Below the pieces are notes generated by a model. The model was not told where the DNA came from. It searched no databases and saw nothing but the letters and a program-made list of their open reading frames with translations. From Anaeromyxobacter sp. (GTDB taxonomy: Bacteria > Myxococcota > Myxococcia > Myxococcales > Anaeromyxobacteraceae), in assembly GCA_049840735.1 (NCBI GenBank), contig JASGJN010000013.1:288001-352000 (forward strand): a stretch of 64,000 nt of DNA. The letters run 5' to 3'. A program made the translations under genes and the position numbers. Shown here piece after piece: positions 24,908 to 35,423 of this stretch; the first letter of the stretch is position 1, and each line of letters begins with the position of its first letter.

Positions 24908-25834
24908 CTACGCGGCCGACGAGCCGGTCACCGCGAGCGCCGGCACCTTGGCGCGCGCGGCCGGGGCGTCGGCCTCGGCGGTCACGCGCACGATCCGGTG
25001 GGCCGTGGCGTCCGCCAGCACCTTCTTCACCAGCGCCTGGTTCATGGCGTGGCCGCTCTTCACCGCGGTCAGCGCGCCGATGACCGGCAGCCCGAACAGC
25101 GCCAGGTCGCCGATGGCGTCCAGCACCTTGTGGCGGGCGAACTCGTCGGGGAACCGGAGCCCCTCGGGGTTCAGGATGGAGAAGTCGTCCACCACGATGG
25201 CGTTCTCCAGGCTGCCGCCCTTGGCCAGCCCCATCGACTGCATCTTCTCGATGTCGCGCCGGAAGCAGAAGGTCCGGGCGCGCGCCACCTCGCGCTCGAA
25301 GGTCCGGTCCGTCAGCACCACCTTGAACCCCTGGTTGGTGATGAGCGGGTGGTTGAAGTCGGCGGTGAAGGAGACGCTGAAGGCGTCGGCCGGCTCGAGC
25401 CGGGCCAGCTTGTCGCCGTCGCGGATCTCCACCGGCTGGTCGATGACCAGGTAGCGCTTCCCGGCGTGCTGGACCTTCACGCCCGCCTCTTGCACCAGGC
25501 AGACGAAAGGCGCAGCCGAGCCGTCGAGGATGGGGATCTCCGGACCGTCCACCTCGACGCGGCAGTTGTCGATGCCCATGCCGTGCAGCGCGGCCATCAC
25601 GTGCTCGACGGTGGAGATCTTGGCCTTGCCCACGCCGATGCTGGTCGAGAGCGTGGTGTCCACCACCAGGTCGTTGCGGGCGGGGATCTCGATGCCCAGG
25701 TCCATCCGGACGAAGGTCACGCCGGCGTCGGCCGCGGCCGGGGCGAGCGTCAACGTCGCGGGCTTGCCGGAGTGGAGGCCCACCCCCGTGCAGGAGACCC
25801 GCTTCGCGACCGTCCGCTGATTCCAGTAAGCCAT
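24908..25834 (-). CDS. lpxC: UDP-3-O-acyl-N-acetylglucosamine deacetylase
   Basis: 'QRT..GVGLHSG', 'TVEHVMAAL', 'PILDGSA', 'HKVLDAIGDL' and 'KSGH'. Confidence 0.97.
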   Translation of the reverse strand: MAYWNQRTVAKRVSCTGVGLHSGKPATLTLAPAAADAGVTFVRMDLGIEIPARNDLVVDTTLSTSIGVGKAKISTVEHVMAALHGMGIDNCRVEVDGPEIPILDGSAAPFVCLVQEAGVKVQHAGKRYLVIDQPVEIRDGDKLARLEPADAFSVSFTADFNHPLITNQGFKVVLTDRTFEREVARARTFCFRRDIEKMQSMGLAKGGSLENAIVVDDFSILNPEGLRFPDEFARHKVLDAIGDLALFGLPVIGALTAVKSGHAMNQALVKKVLADATAHRIVRVTAEADAPAARAKVPALAVTGSSAA

Positions 25835-25885
25835 ATCGAGTGCGATCCGTTCTGGGCGCGGTGCGCCCTGGCGGGACGGTCATGC

Positions 25886-25901
25886 AGCAAGCGTCATGCC
25901 A
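25886..25901 (-). promoter_or_regulatory. Putative sigma-54 (-24/-12) promoter of lpxC
   Basis: TGGCATGACGCTTGCT with exact GG-N10-GC spacing, about 50 nt upstream of the ATG. Confidence 0.7.
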
Positions 25902-26139
25902 CCCCGCCCGGCCGCGACGCCAGGTCGCCCCCTCCTCGGCCCGGTACAAGCCGATGTATTTGCGAAACTTTTCAGCATGTCGGATGCTCCCTTGCCTCCC
26001 TCCCCATTGAGACGCTGTCGGAGTCCCGTCTGAACGGGGCGTCACCACGACATCGATGTCAGATCGGGCCCCCTCGGCCCGGGACCAAAACCCACCCGCC
26101 GGCCCGAGGCCGATGTCATCCTCGGGATCGAGGCCGGAC

Positions 26140-26880
26140 GTGATTCCGCTGAAGGACGACAACCCGCACGACCGCACCCCGGTCGTCACCCTGGCGCTGA
26201 TCGCGGCCAACCTGCTCGCGTTCGCCTGGCAGATCGACCTGCGCACGCTGCCGGACGCGCTGCGCGGCGGCGAGCTCCTGCTCGCCATGAGCGCCCGCAT
26301 CCAGGACACCGCGCTCCGCGGCGGGGTGGTGCCCTTCGAGATCCTCACCTTCAGCGACATCGAGCTGCGCGACGTGGTGCCCCCGCCGTTCACGCTCTTC
26401 ACCGCCATGTTCCTGCACGGCGGGGTGACCCACCTGGCCTTCAACATGCTGTTCCTCTGGATCTTCGGGAACAACGTGGAGGACGCGCTGGGGCGGCTGC
26501 GCTTCCTGCTCTTCTACCTCGCCTCCGGCGTGGTGGCGGCGCTGGTGCAGGTGGTGGCCTCCGCGGTCACCGGCGACATCTTCGTGCCCATGGTCGGGGC
26601 CAGCGGCGCCATCGCCGGCGTGCTGGCGGCGTACATGGTCCTCTTCCCGCGCGCGCGCATCTCCACGCTGGTGATCATCGTGATCCTGATCCGCGTGCTG
26701 CCGCTCCCGGCCCGCTTCTTCATCGGGCTCTGGTTCGCGGGGCAGGTGTTCTCGGTGCTGCTGGGGGCCAGCAACGGCGTGGCGCTCTTCGCGCACATCG
26801 GCGGGTTCGTGGCCGGCTGGCTCCTGGTGCGGCTGGTGGGGCGCCGGACCGGGTGGCTGGCGCGGCGGGTGGTCTGGTAG
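26140..26880 (+). CDS. Rhomboid intramembrane serine protease
   Basis: 'IPLKDDNP', 'MFLHGG..HL.FNM', 'GASGAI' and 'AHIGGF'. Confidence 0.93.
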   Translation: MIPLKDDNPHDRTPVVTLALIAANLLAFAWQIDLRTLPDALRGGELLLAMSARIQDTALRGGVVPFEILTFSDIELRDVVPPPFTLFTAMFLHGGVTHLAFNMLFLWIFGNNVEDALGRLRFLLFYLASGVVAALVQVVASAVTGDIFVPMVGASGAIAGVLAAYMVLFPRARISTLVIIVILIRVLPLPARFFIGLWFAGQVFSVLLGASNGVALFAHIGGFVAGWLLVRLVGRRTGWLARRVVW

Positions 26881-26958
26881 CGGCCCACCCGGCCCCCGGT
26901 CCGCGCCGAGGCGGGATTGCGACACCCCTGTCGCGCGCCGGAGACGGGCGAGCGGGAC

Positions 26959-27987
26959 CTACAGCAGGTCGCCCTGCTTGCCCCCCGGCCGCTCGCGCCC
27001 GAGGTGGGCGAAGGCGGCCGGCAGCGCCACGCGCCCGCGGGGCGTGCGCGCCAGGAACCCCTCGCGGACCAGGAAGGGCTCGTACACGTCCTCGATGGTC
27101 TGCGACTCCTCGCCGACCGCCGCCGCCACGGCGTCGATGCCGACCGGGCCGCCGCCGAAGGTGTCGATGACCGAGGCCAGGATGCGCCGGTCCATGAGGT
27201 CCAGCCCGCGCGCGTCCACCTCCAGCCGGGCCAGGGTCCGGTCCACGATCTCCCGGCTCAGCCGCCCGTCCCCCTCGACCTGGGCGAAGTCGCGGGCCCG
27301 CTGCAGCAGCCGGATGGCGATGCGCGGCGTGCCCCGGGCCCGGCGGGCCAGCTCCTCGGCCCCCTCCGGCTCCACCGGCAGCGAGAGCTTGCGGGCGGCG
27401 CGGACGGCGATCTCGCGCAGCTCGGCCGGGCCGTAGAACTCGAGCCGCTCCTGGATGGGGAAGCGGTCGCGCAGCGGGCTGGCCAGCAGGCCGGTGCGGG
27501 TGGTGGCGCCCACCAGCGTGAACCGCTCCAGCTTCATCTCCATGGTCTGCGCGCCCAGCCCGGCGCCCAGCACCACGTCGAAGCGGAAGTCCTCCATGGC
27601 CGGGTAGAGCGCCTCCTCGACCGCCGGCGAGAGCCGGTGGATCTCGTCGATGAAGAGGATGTCGCGCGGGGCGAGCGCCGTGAGCAGGCCGGCCAGGTCG
27701 CCCTTCTTCACCAGCGCCGGGCCGCTGGTGACGTGCAGCGCCACGCCCAGCTCGCGCGCCAGGATGTGGGCCAGCGAGGTCTTGCCCAGGCCGGGCGGAC
27801 CGGAGAGGAGCACGTGGTCGAGCGCCTCGCCGCGCTGGCGGGCCGCGGCCGCGTAGACGCGGACGTTCTCGACGATCTTCTCCTGGCCGACGTAGTCCTC
27901 GAAGGTGGCCGGGCGGAGCGACTGCTCCAGGCGCTCCTCGCCTTCCGAGGCGGCGGGGGAGAGCTCGCGGGCGGGCTTCACGGGCAT
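26959..27987 (-). CDS. ruvB: Holliday junction branch-migration helicase
   Basis: 'LRP..F.DYVGQ', 'GPPGLGKT', 'FIDEIHRL' and 'GTPRIA'. Confidence 0.97.
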   Translation of the reverse strand: MPVKPARELSPAASEGEERLEQSLRPATFEDYVGQEKIVENVRVYAAAARQRGEALDHVLLSGPPGLGKTSLAHILARELGVALHVTSGPALVKKGDLAGLLTALAPRDILFIDEIHRLSPAVEEALYPAMEDFRFDVVLGAGLGAQTMEMKLERFTLVGATTRTGLLASPLRDRFPIQERLEFYGPAELREIAVRAARKLSLPVEPEGAEELARRARGTPRIAIRLLQRARDFAQVEGDGRLSREIVDRTLARLEVDARGLDLMDRRILASVIDTFGGGPVGIDAVAAAVGEESQTIEDVYEPFLVREGFLARTPRGRVALPAAFAHLGRERPGGKQGDLL

Positions 27988-28027
27988 GGCGGGCTGGAGC
28001 CTAGCACGCGGGGCTGACCGGACGAGG

Positions 28028-28621
28028 TCACCCGCGCAGGAGCTTCAGCGCCTCGCGCAGCAGGTCGTCGAGCGGCCGCCCCTCGGCGGCGTCCTTGAGC
28101 CGCTCCACCGCGCCGTCGGCCTGCGGCGGCTTGTAGCCGAGGTTCACGAGGGCGGTGCGCAGCTGCTCCAGCGCCCCCGCGCCGGGGGCCGGGCGGGCCG
28201 GACCGGCGGCGCCGGCCAGCGCCATGAGCTTGTCCTTGAGCTCGACCACCAGCCGCTCGGCGGTCTTCTTGCCCACGCCCTGCACCTTGGTGAGCCGGGC
28301 CACGTCGCCCTGCGCCACCGCCTGGGCCAGCTCGCGCGCCTCGATGCCGGAGAGGATGTTCTGGGCCGCGCGCGGCCCCACGCCCTTCACCTGGATGAGG
28401 GCGCGGAACACCGCCTCCTCCTCCTCGGCGCCGAAGCCGTAGAGGTCGAGCGCGTCCTCGCGCACGTGCGTGTAGACGCGGAGCGCGACGCCCTCGCCGC
28501 GCGGCGGGAGCGCGGCCAGCGTGAGCTGGGAGAGGTGCACCAGGTAGCCGACCCCGCCCACGTCCACGATGGCGTGCGCCTCGCCCTTCTCCAGCACCTT
28601 CCCCGAGAGCCGCGCGATCAC
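28028..28621 (-). CDS. ruvA: Holliday junction branch-migration protein
   Basis: 'IARLSG', 'DVGGVGY', 'VREDA..LYGF' and '[10 protein letters not shown]'. Own GGAGG SD before GTG. Confidence 0.95.
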   Translation of the reverse strand: MIARLSGKVLEKGEAHAIVDVGGVGYLVHLSQLTLAALPPRGEGVALRVYTHVREDALDLYGFGAEEEEAVFRALIQVKGVGPRAAQNILSGIEARELAQAVAQGDVARLTKVQGVGKKTAERLVVELKDKLMALAGAAGPARPAPGAGALEQLRTALVNLGYKPPQADGAVERLKDAAEGRPLDDLLREALKLLRG

Positions 28622-29161
28622 CGGCGACCTCCGGTGGTCGCGGCGCGAGGGGCGGAGCCGGGCCGCGGCGGCGCCGGCGCGGCCGGGCGCGGGGACGGCC
28701 AGCGGGCGGCGGGCCAGGTGGCAGACGGCGATGGCCAGCGCGTCGGCCTCGTCGGAGAGCGCCGGCGCGGCGCCGAGGAGCATGCGAGCGGTGCGGAGCA
28801 TCTGGTCCTTGCCGGCCCGGCCGTTGCCGGTGAAGGCCTGCTTCACCTGGGCGGGCGCGTACTCGAAGACGGGCAGCCCGGCGCGGGCGGCGGCGGCCAG
28901 CGCCACGCCGCGGGCCTGGCCCAGCACCAGCGCCGAGCGGGGCGAGGCGCCGGAGAAGACCGCCTCGACCGAGACCTCGGCCGGGCGGGTGCGGGCGATG
29001 ACGGCGTCGATGCCGGCCAGGATCGCGCCCAGGCGCTGGGCCATGGGCAGCTCGCCCGGCACCAGCACCCCCGACTCGATCACCAGGAGCCGGGTCCCCT
29101 GCCGCGCCACCACGCCGAAGCCGCAGCGCCGGGAGCCGGGGTCGATGCCGAGGACGATCAC
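28618..29161 (-). CDS. ruvC: Crossover junction endodeoxyribonuclease (as sequenced, reads in frame into ruvA)
   Basis: 'VLGIDPGS', 'LGQARGV', 'EYAP..VK...TG.GRA.K.Q' and '[12 protein letters not shown]'. Confidence 0.95.
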
Positions 29162-29280
29162 GGCGGCATGGTAGCAGACGCCGAACTCCCGTCCAGGCCG
29201 CGGCCGCTGCGGCCGCACACCGCGCCCAGGTCACGCCACGCCGCCCGCCTCGTCTGCGAGGCTGACCCCGAGGACCTCAC

Positions 29281-29802
29281 ATGGACCTGACCCTGCGCCG
29301 GCTCGAGCCCGGCGACCGCGACCGGCTGCAGGCCTTCCTGGACGCCCTCTCGCCCGAGACGCGCCGCCGCTTCGGCCCGCACCCCTTCGACCCCGCCACC
29401 GTGGCCGCGCTCTGCGAGGCCGCCCCCACCGACGCCGCCACCTGGCGCTGGCTGGCGCTGGACGCGGAGGGACAGGTGCTGGGCTACGCGCTGGCGCGGC
29501 GCGGCCACCTCTCCCATGACGCGGTCCGCATCGCCGGCTACGGCGCGCCGCTGGTGGAGCCGGAGGACGCCTTCTTCGCGCCGGCGGTGGCCGACCGGAG
29601 CCAGGCCCGCGGCCTGGGGACGGCGCTGCTGGAGCAGGCCGCGGCCGAGCTGCGCGCCGACGGCCGGCGGCGGCTGTTCCTGTGGGGCGGCGTGCAGAAG
29701 GACAACGCGCGCGCGGTGGCCTACTACCTGCGCAACGGGTTCGAGCTGCTGGGCGAGTTCGAGCACCAGGGGTGGAACCTGGACATGGTGAAGGCGCTCT
29801 GA
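29281..29802 (+). CDS. GNAT-family N-acetyltransferase
   Basis: 'AVADRSQARGLGTALL' and 'NARAVAYYLRNGF'. Confidence 0.85.
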   Translation: MDLTLRRLEPGDRDRLQAFLDALSPETRRRFGPHPFDPATVAALCEAAPTDAATWRWLALDAEGQVLGYALARRGHLSHDAVRIAGYGAPLVEPEDAFFAPAVADRSQARGLGTALLEQAAAELRADGRRRLFLWGGVQKDNARAVAYYLRNGFELLGEFEHQGWNLDMVKAL

Positions 29803-29809
29803 GCCCGCC

Positions 29810-31056
29810 TCAGCTCGCCGTGGCGGAAGAGCGTCGGGCGCTGCGCCAGCACCGTCCGGCGCAGGCCCGGCAGCGCCACCCAGAACAGCGCCGCCGCGAC
29901 CAGCAGCGCCCCGGCGCCCAGCCCCAGCGTGAGCGGCGCGCCCACCCGCCGCGCCAGGAACCCCGCCGCCAGCGCGCCGAACGGCGTCAGCCCCACGAAC
30001 AGCGTCGAGAAGAGCCCCATCACCCGGCCGCGCAGCCCGGCCGGCGCCAGCCCCTGCAGCAGGGTCATGGTGCCGGCCATCTGCGTGCTGAACCCGTAGC
30101 CGGCCACCGCCAGGCACGCGGCCGCCGGCGCGGGGCTGCGGGCCAGCGAGAGCCCCAGGATGCCGGCGCCCAGCAGCACCGCCCCGGCGGCCGCGATCTT
30201 CCCCAGCCCGCGCAGGCCGCCGCGCAGCAGCAGCCGGATGGCGCCGGCCAGCGCGCCCAGGCCCGCCGACGCCAGCAAGAGGCTGTAGAGCCGCTCGCCC
30301 CCGCCCAGCGTGCGGGCCGCGATCACCGGGAGCAGCGTGGGGTACTGCAGCACGCACAGGCTGGCCACCGCCAGGAGCGCCAGCAGGGCCCGCACGTGCG
30401 CGGTGCGGCCGGCGTAGGCCAGCCCCTCCAGCAGGTGGGCGCGCCCGCTGGTGGGGACGCGCGGCGGCGCCGGCGGCGGGCGCATGACCCAGAGCGCGTA
30501 GTAGGTGCCACCGAAGGAGAAGGTGTTGAGCAGGAAGCAGACCCCCGGCCCGACCCAGCCCAGCACCAGCCCGGCCAGCGCCGGCCCCGCCGCCCGGGCG
30601 GTGTTGACGATGGAGGAGTTGAGGGCGATGGCGTTGGTCAGGTCCTCGCCGGCGATGTCGGCCAGCAGCGCCTGGCGCGCCGGGATTCTCGAAGGCGTAG
30701 GTGAGCCCCAGCATGGCGGCCAGGGCCAGCACGTGCCAGGGGCGGACGGCGCCGGTGAGCGTCAGCCCGGCCAGCAGCGCCGACTGCAGGATGGCGTTGG
30801 TCTGGGTGGCCAGCACCAGCTTGCGGCGCGAGACCCGGTCCGCCAGCGAGCCGGCCCAGATGCCCAGCAGGAAGACCGGCACCTGCCCCAGGAACCCGAG
30901 CAGCCCCAGCACCTCGGAGGACTCGGTCAGCTGCCAGATCAGCCAGCCCTGGGCCACCGTCTGCATCCAGGTGCCGGCCAGCGAGACGGCCTGGCCGCCG
31001 AAGAAGAGGCGGAGGTCGCGCTGGCGCAGCGAGCGGAGCGCGTGCGGCAATGGCAT
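29810..31056 (-). CDS. MFS transporter (frameshift near 30686; 3' end approximate)
   Basis: 'FFGGQAVSLAGTWMQTVAQGWL', 'GSLADRVSRRKL' and 'LRGRVMGL'. Confidence 0.88.
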
Positions 31057-31091
31057 TCGACGATCCGCGGGGCGGGGGGGCGCAGCCCCCG

Positions 31092-33105
31092 TCACAGCTG
31101 TATCTGCGCGCCCATCTCCACCACCCGGTTCGGCGGCAGCCCGAAGAAGGCGCTGGCGGTCTGCGCGTTGCGGGCCATGACGATGAAGAGCCGCTTGCGC
31201 CAGGGGCGCATGGCCGACGGACCGGTCGGGAGCAGCGTCTCGCGCCCGAGGAAGTAGGTGGTCTCCATCGGCTTCAAGGTGATGAGCGGCCCGCCCGAAG
31301 GGCGCGGGCGCGAGAGCGAGTCCAGCAGCGCCGGCACGTCCGGCGTCTCCATGAAGCCATAGCGCGCCAGCGCCTGGAAGAAGCCGCTCCCCAGCTCGCG
31401 GACGGTGACGCGCTCGTCCTCGGGGACCGACGGGATCTCCTCGGTCACCAGCGAGACCAGGATCACCCGCTCGTGCAGCACCTTGTTGTGCTTCAGGTGG
31501 TGCAGCAGCACCGGCGGCACGCCGCCCGGGTTGGAGGTCATGAAGACCGCCGTGCCGGGGACGCGCAGCGGGTTCTGCGGCCGATCTCTCCCAGGAACAG
31601 GTCGAGCGGCAGGCCGGAGTCCTTCAGCATGCGCGCCAGCTGCTCGCGCCCGGCCTTCCAGGTGGACATCAGCGTGAACACGCCGATCGCCGTGACGATG
31701 GGGAACCAGCCGCCGTTGGGGATCTTGACCAGGTTGGCGGCCAGGAACGCCACGTCCACGACGATGAGCAGGCTGGTGAGCGACCAGGCCGCCCACCGGG
31801 GCCAGCCCCACAGGTCGCGGCAGACGCGGTGGAACAGGAGCGTGGTGACCGTCATCGTGCCGGTCACGGCGATGCCGTAGGCCGCGGCCAGGTTGGAGGA
31901 GCTCTTGAAGCCGAGCACCAGCGCCACGCAGGCCACGCCGATGGCCCAGTTCACCTCGGGGATGTAGATTGGCCGATCTCGCTGTGCGAGGTGTGGCGGA
32001 TGGTGACGCGCGGCGAGTAGCCGAGCTGCACCGCCTGCCGGGTCAGCGAGAAGGCGCCGGAGATGAGGGCCTGCGAGGCGACGATGGCCGCGGCCGTGGC
32101 GATGCCGATGAGCGGGTAGATCGCCCAGCTCGGCGCCAGCAGGTAGAACGGGTTGCGCGCCGCGCCGGGATCGTGCAGCAGCAGCGCCCCCTGCCCCAGG
32201 TAGTTCATCAGCAGCGAGGGCATGGCCACGGCGTACCAGGCCAGGCGGATGGGGCGCTTGCCGAAGTGGCCCATGTCCGCGTAGAGCGCCTCGCCGCCGG
32301 TGATGACCAGGACCACGCTGGCCAGGACGAAGAAGCCCTCCCAGCCGTTCCGCAGGAAGAAGGTCACGCCATACCAAGGCGAGAAGGCGCGCAGGATCGA
32401 CAGGTCGTGCAGCAGGCCGCGGATGCCCAGCAGGAAGATGCAGGCGAACCAGAGCGTCATCACCGGCCCGAACACCGCGCCCACCGTGGCCGTGCCGCGC
32501 TTCTGGATCAGGAACAGGCCCACGATGATCACCAGCGTGATCGGGACGATCATGCTGGCTCAGCGCCGGCGCGGCGACCGCCACGCCCTCGACGGCGCCC
32601 AGCACCGAGATGGCGGGCGTGATCACCCCGTCTCCGTAGAGGAGGGTGGCGCCGAACAGCCCCAGGACGATGAGCGCCTTGCGGCCGAGGCGCGTGGTCT
32701 CGCGCTTCCCGACCAGCGCCAGCAGGGCCAGGATCCCGCCCTCCCCCGGTTGTCCGCCTTCATGACGAAGGACAGGTACTTGAAGGTCACCACGAAGGTG
32801 ATGGCCCAGATCACCAGCGACACGACGCCGATGACGTTCTCCGGCGTGGGGTGGATGCCGTGCGGGCCCGCGAAGCACTCCTTCATGGCGTACAGCGGGC
32901 TGGTGCCGATGTCGCCGTAGACCACGCCGAGCGCGCCGAAGGCGAGACCGAGGAGGACCTTGCCGCCGGCTGGCTTCCGATGACCGTGCGGCTCGGGAGC
33001 GGGGGTGGCCAGCTCGGGCGGAACGGGCTCCTCGCCGGGAGCGGGGGTGACGGCCGGAGCGGCGGAGGTGGCGGCAGGGGATTCGCTGGGAGATGAGTCG
33101 GGCAT
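31092..33105 (-). CDS. kup: KUP/HAK/KT potassium transporter (about four frameshifts)
   Basis: '[13 protein letters not shown]', '[12 protein letters not shown]', '[14 protein letters not shown]' and 'YFLGRETL'. Confidence 0.95.
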
Positions 33106-33314
33106 CGGTCGGTTCGTGAAGGGGGGCGAGGTAAGCAGATCGACACCCGGGCGTCGAGGCCCTAGGGGACGCTGGGGACCCAGCCCCCTGGGATAACTAG
33201 GCTTTTGGTCGCGCGAGGGTTCCGGGAGGGCCGCCCCGCCACCTCGAGGGGACCACTCGGAGGCGCGTGCGGCTGCGCGCCTGGCACCCCTCGGCTATCT
33301 TGCCGCGCTCCTTC

Positions 33315-34686
33315 ATGACCGACCCGAACTCCATCCGCGGCGAGCTGCGACCGCTCCTCCGGCTGGCGGTGCCGCTGGCCGTGGCGCAGGCCGGCCAGTC
33401 GCTCATGGGCGTGGTGGACACGGCGGTGGTGGGCCGCGCCGGACCCGACCCCCTGGCCGGGGTAGGCCTCGGGAATGCGCTCTTCTTCGCCATCGCCGTC
33501 CTGGGGATGGGCGTGATGCACGGGCTCGACCCGCTCATCTCGCAGGCCCTGGGGGCCGGGGACGAGGGGCGGGCCCGCCGGCTCCTGTGGCAGGGGGCCT
33601 GGCTGTCGCTGGGCCTCTCGGCGCTGGTGGCCCTCCCGCTGGCGGTGACGCCGTTCTTCCTGGAGCGGGCCGGCGTCCCGGCCGGCATCGCGCGCGAGAC
33701 CCAGGCCTACGTGCTCTGGCGCCTGCCCTCGCTACCGTTCCTCTTCGCCTACTTCGGCAACCGCGCCTACCTCCAGGGCCACGGGCTGGCCCGCCCCATG
33801 GTCACGGCCACCGTCGTGGCCAACCTGCTCAACATCCCGGCCGACATCCTGCTGGTCTTCGGCGGCGCGGCGCTGCCGGCCTGGGCCGGGCCGCTGCGGG
33901 CGCTGCCCGCGCTCGGCTCGGCGGGGGCCGCCATCGCCACCGATCTCTGCTCGGTGCTCCAGCTGGCGCTGCTGGGGGTGGCCGCCGGCGCGGGTCCGCT
34001 GCCCGGCGCACCTCCCGGGCCTGCGCCGGCCGGATCCGGCCGCGCTCCGCAGCGCCGTGGCGGTGGGGCTGCCCATCGGGCTGCACATGGCCGCCGAGGT
34101 GGGGATCTTCTCGCTCTCCTCCCTGGTCGCCTCGCGGCTGGGAGCCGCCGCGGCCGGCGCGCACCAGGTCACGCTCTCCGTCGCCACCCTCTCCTTCACC
34201 GCCGCGGTGGGCTTCGGCAACGCCGGCTCGGTGCGGGTGGGGCGGGCGGTGGGCGCGCGCAATCGCGCCGGCGCGCGGCGCGCCGGGCTGGCGGCGCTGG
34301 GCTGCGCCGCGGCCTTCATGTCGGCATCGGCGCTGCTCTACCTGCTGGCCCCGCGGGCCATCGCCCGGCTCATGACCGACGACCCGGCCGTCATCGAGGC
34401 CGCCGTGCCGCTCTTCGCGCTGGCGGCGCTGTTCCAGATCTCCGACGGCCTGCAGGGCACCGGCGCGGGCGTGCTGCGCGGCGCGGGCGAGACGCGCTTC
34501 ACCTTCGCCGCCAACATGGTGGGCCACTGGCTGGTCGGGTTCCCGGTCATGCTGCTGCTCGTGGCCGGGCTCGGGCTGGGCGTGACCGGGCTGTGGATCG
34601 GCTTCTGCTTCGGCCTGACGGCGGTGGCGGCCGGGCTGGTCTGGCGCTTCCTGCGCGTCTCCTCGCGGGAGATCGTGCCATTGTGA
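33315..34686 (+). CDS. MATE-family efflux transporter (frameshift near 34015)
   Basis: 'MGVVDTAVVG', 'GLDPLISQALGA' and 'LFQISDGLQ..GAGVLRGAG'. Confidence 0.9.
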
Positions 34687-34752
34687 ATCGGGGGGCTGCG
34701 CCCACCCCCGTTGCCGTTTACGGCCCACCCCCTCCCGTCTAGCCTTTCCGCC

Positions 34753-35183
34753 GTGAGGCTCGCCCTGCCCCAGCCGCACGAGGACCTCGGCCACACCGCC
34801 GACGTGGGCGTGCGCGTGCGCGGGGCCACGGCGGAGGAGGCGCTGGCCCGGCTGGCGCTGGCGCTGGGCACGCTGCTGGCCGGCGGCGGGCCGGTCCCGG
34901 TGGTGCGGGAAGAGCGGCTGGAGGTGGCGGGCGAGGGCGCGACCGAGGTGGCGGTGACGCTGCTGCGCGAGCTGCTCTTCCGCTTCGCCACCGCGCGCCT
35001 GCTCCCGGCGCGGTCGAGGTGCTGCGGCTCGACCCGCGCGGCGCCGAGGTGCGCGTGGGGCTGGGCGAGTGGGACCCGGAGCGGCACGCCGAGGGGCTGG
35101 ACGTGAAGGCCATCACCTGGCACCTGGCGCGGCTCGCCCCCGAGGGCAGCGGCTGGACCGGGCAGGTGGTGGTGGACGTCTAG
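34753..35183 (+). CDS. Archease (frameshift near 35012)
   Basis: N-terminal 'HTADV' and C-terminal 'DVKAITWH...VVVDV*', the archease signature. Confidence 0.85.
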
Positions 35184-35373
35184 GGGCGGGCAGGCGAGCG
35201 GCGGCCAGGCGAGTGCGCGCTCACAGGCGAGTGGTCCTCGACCCCGCGGGGCGCGCGCGACTCGCCCCCGCGTCGGGGACGCCCCAGCCACCAGGCCTCG
35301 ACCGGCTGCGGCATGTGCCCGTGCGAGCGGGGCTTTCCGCGCAGCCGCGAGCGGGTCCGGCGGGCGTCAGGCC

Positions 35374-35388
35374 TGGCACGCGGCATGA
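35374..35388 (+). promoter_or_regulatory. Weak sigma-54-like promoter upstream of the first MCP
   Basis: TGGCACGCGGCATGA has a perfect -24 but a non-canonical -12 (GA instead of GC). Confidence 0.3.
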
Positions 35389-35423
35389 GAGGGGACGGCT
35401 CGGGAAGTCCAGGAGGTCACGTG

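Noticed and set aside
28028..29161. Apparent RuvC-RuvA fusion protein
   Set aside because: Removing one G from CCGGTGATC (next to a GATC) gives CCG-TGA overlapping the ruvA GTG, which has its own GGAGG SD. This fits the window's indel pattern, though it needs read confirmation.
33106..33314. c-di-AMP (ydaO) riboswitch upstream of kup
   Set aside because: I could not find the characteristic conserved segments on the minus strand.
35221..35420. GEMM / cyclic-dinucleotide riboswitch upstream of the first MCP
   Set aside because: GGGACGCCCCAGCC loosely recalls GGGACGCAAAGCC, but the A-rich conserved positions and GNRA loop are missing.
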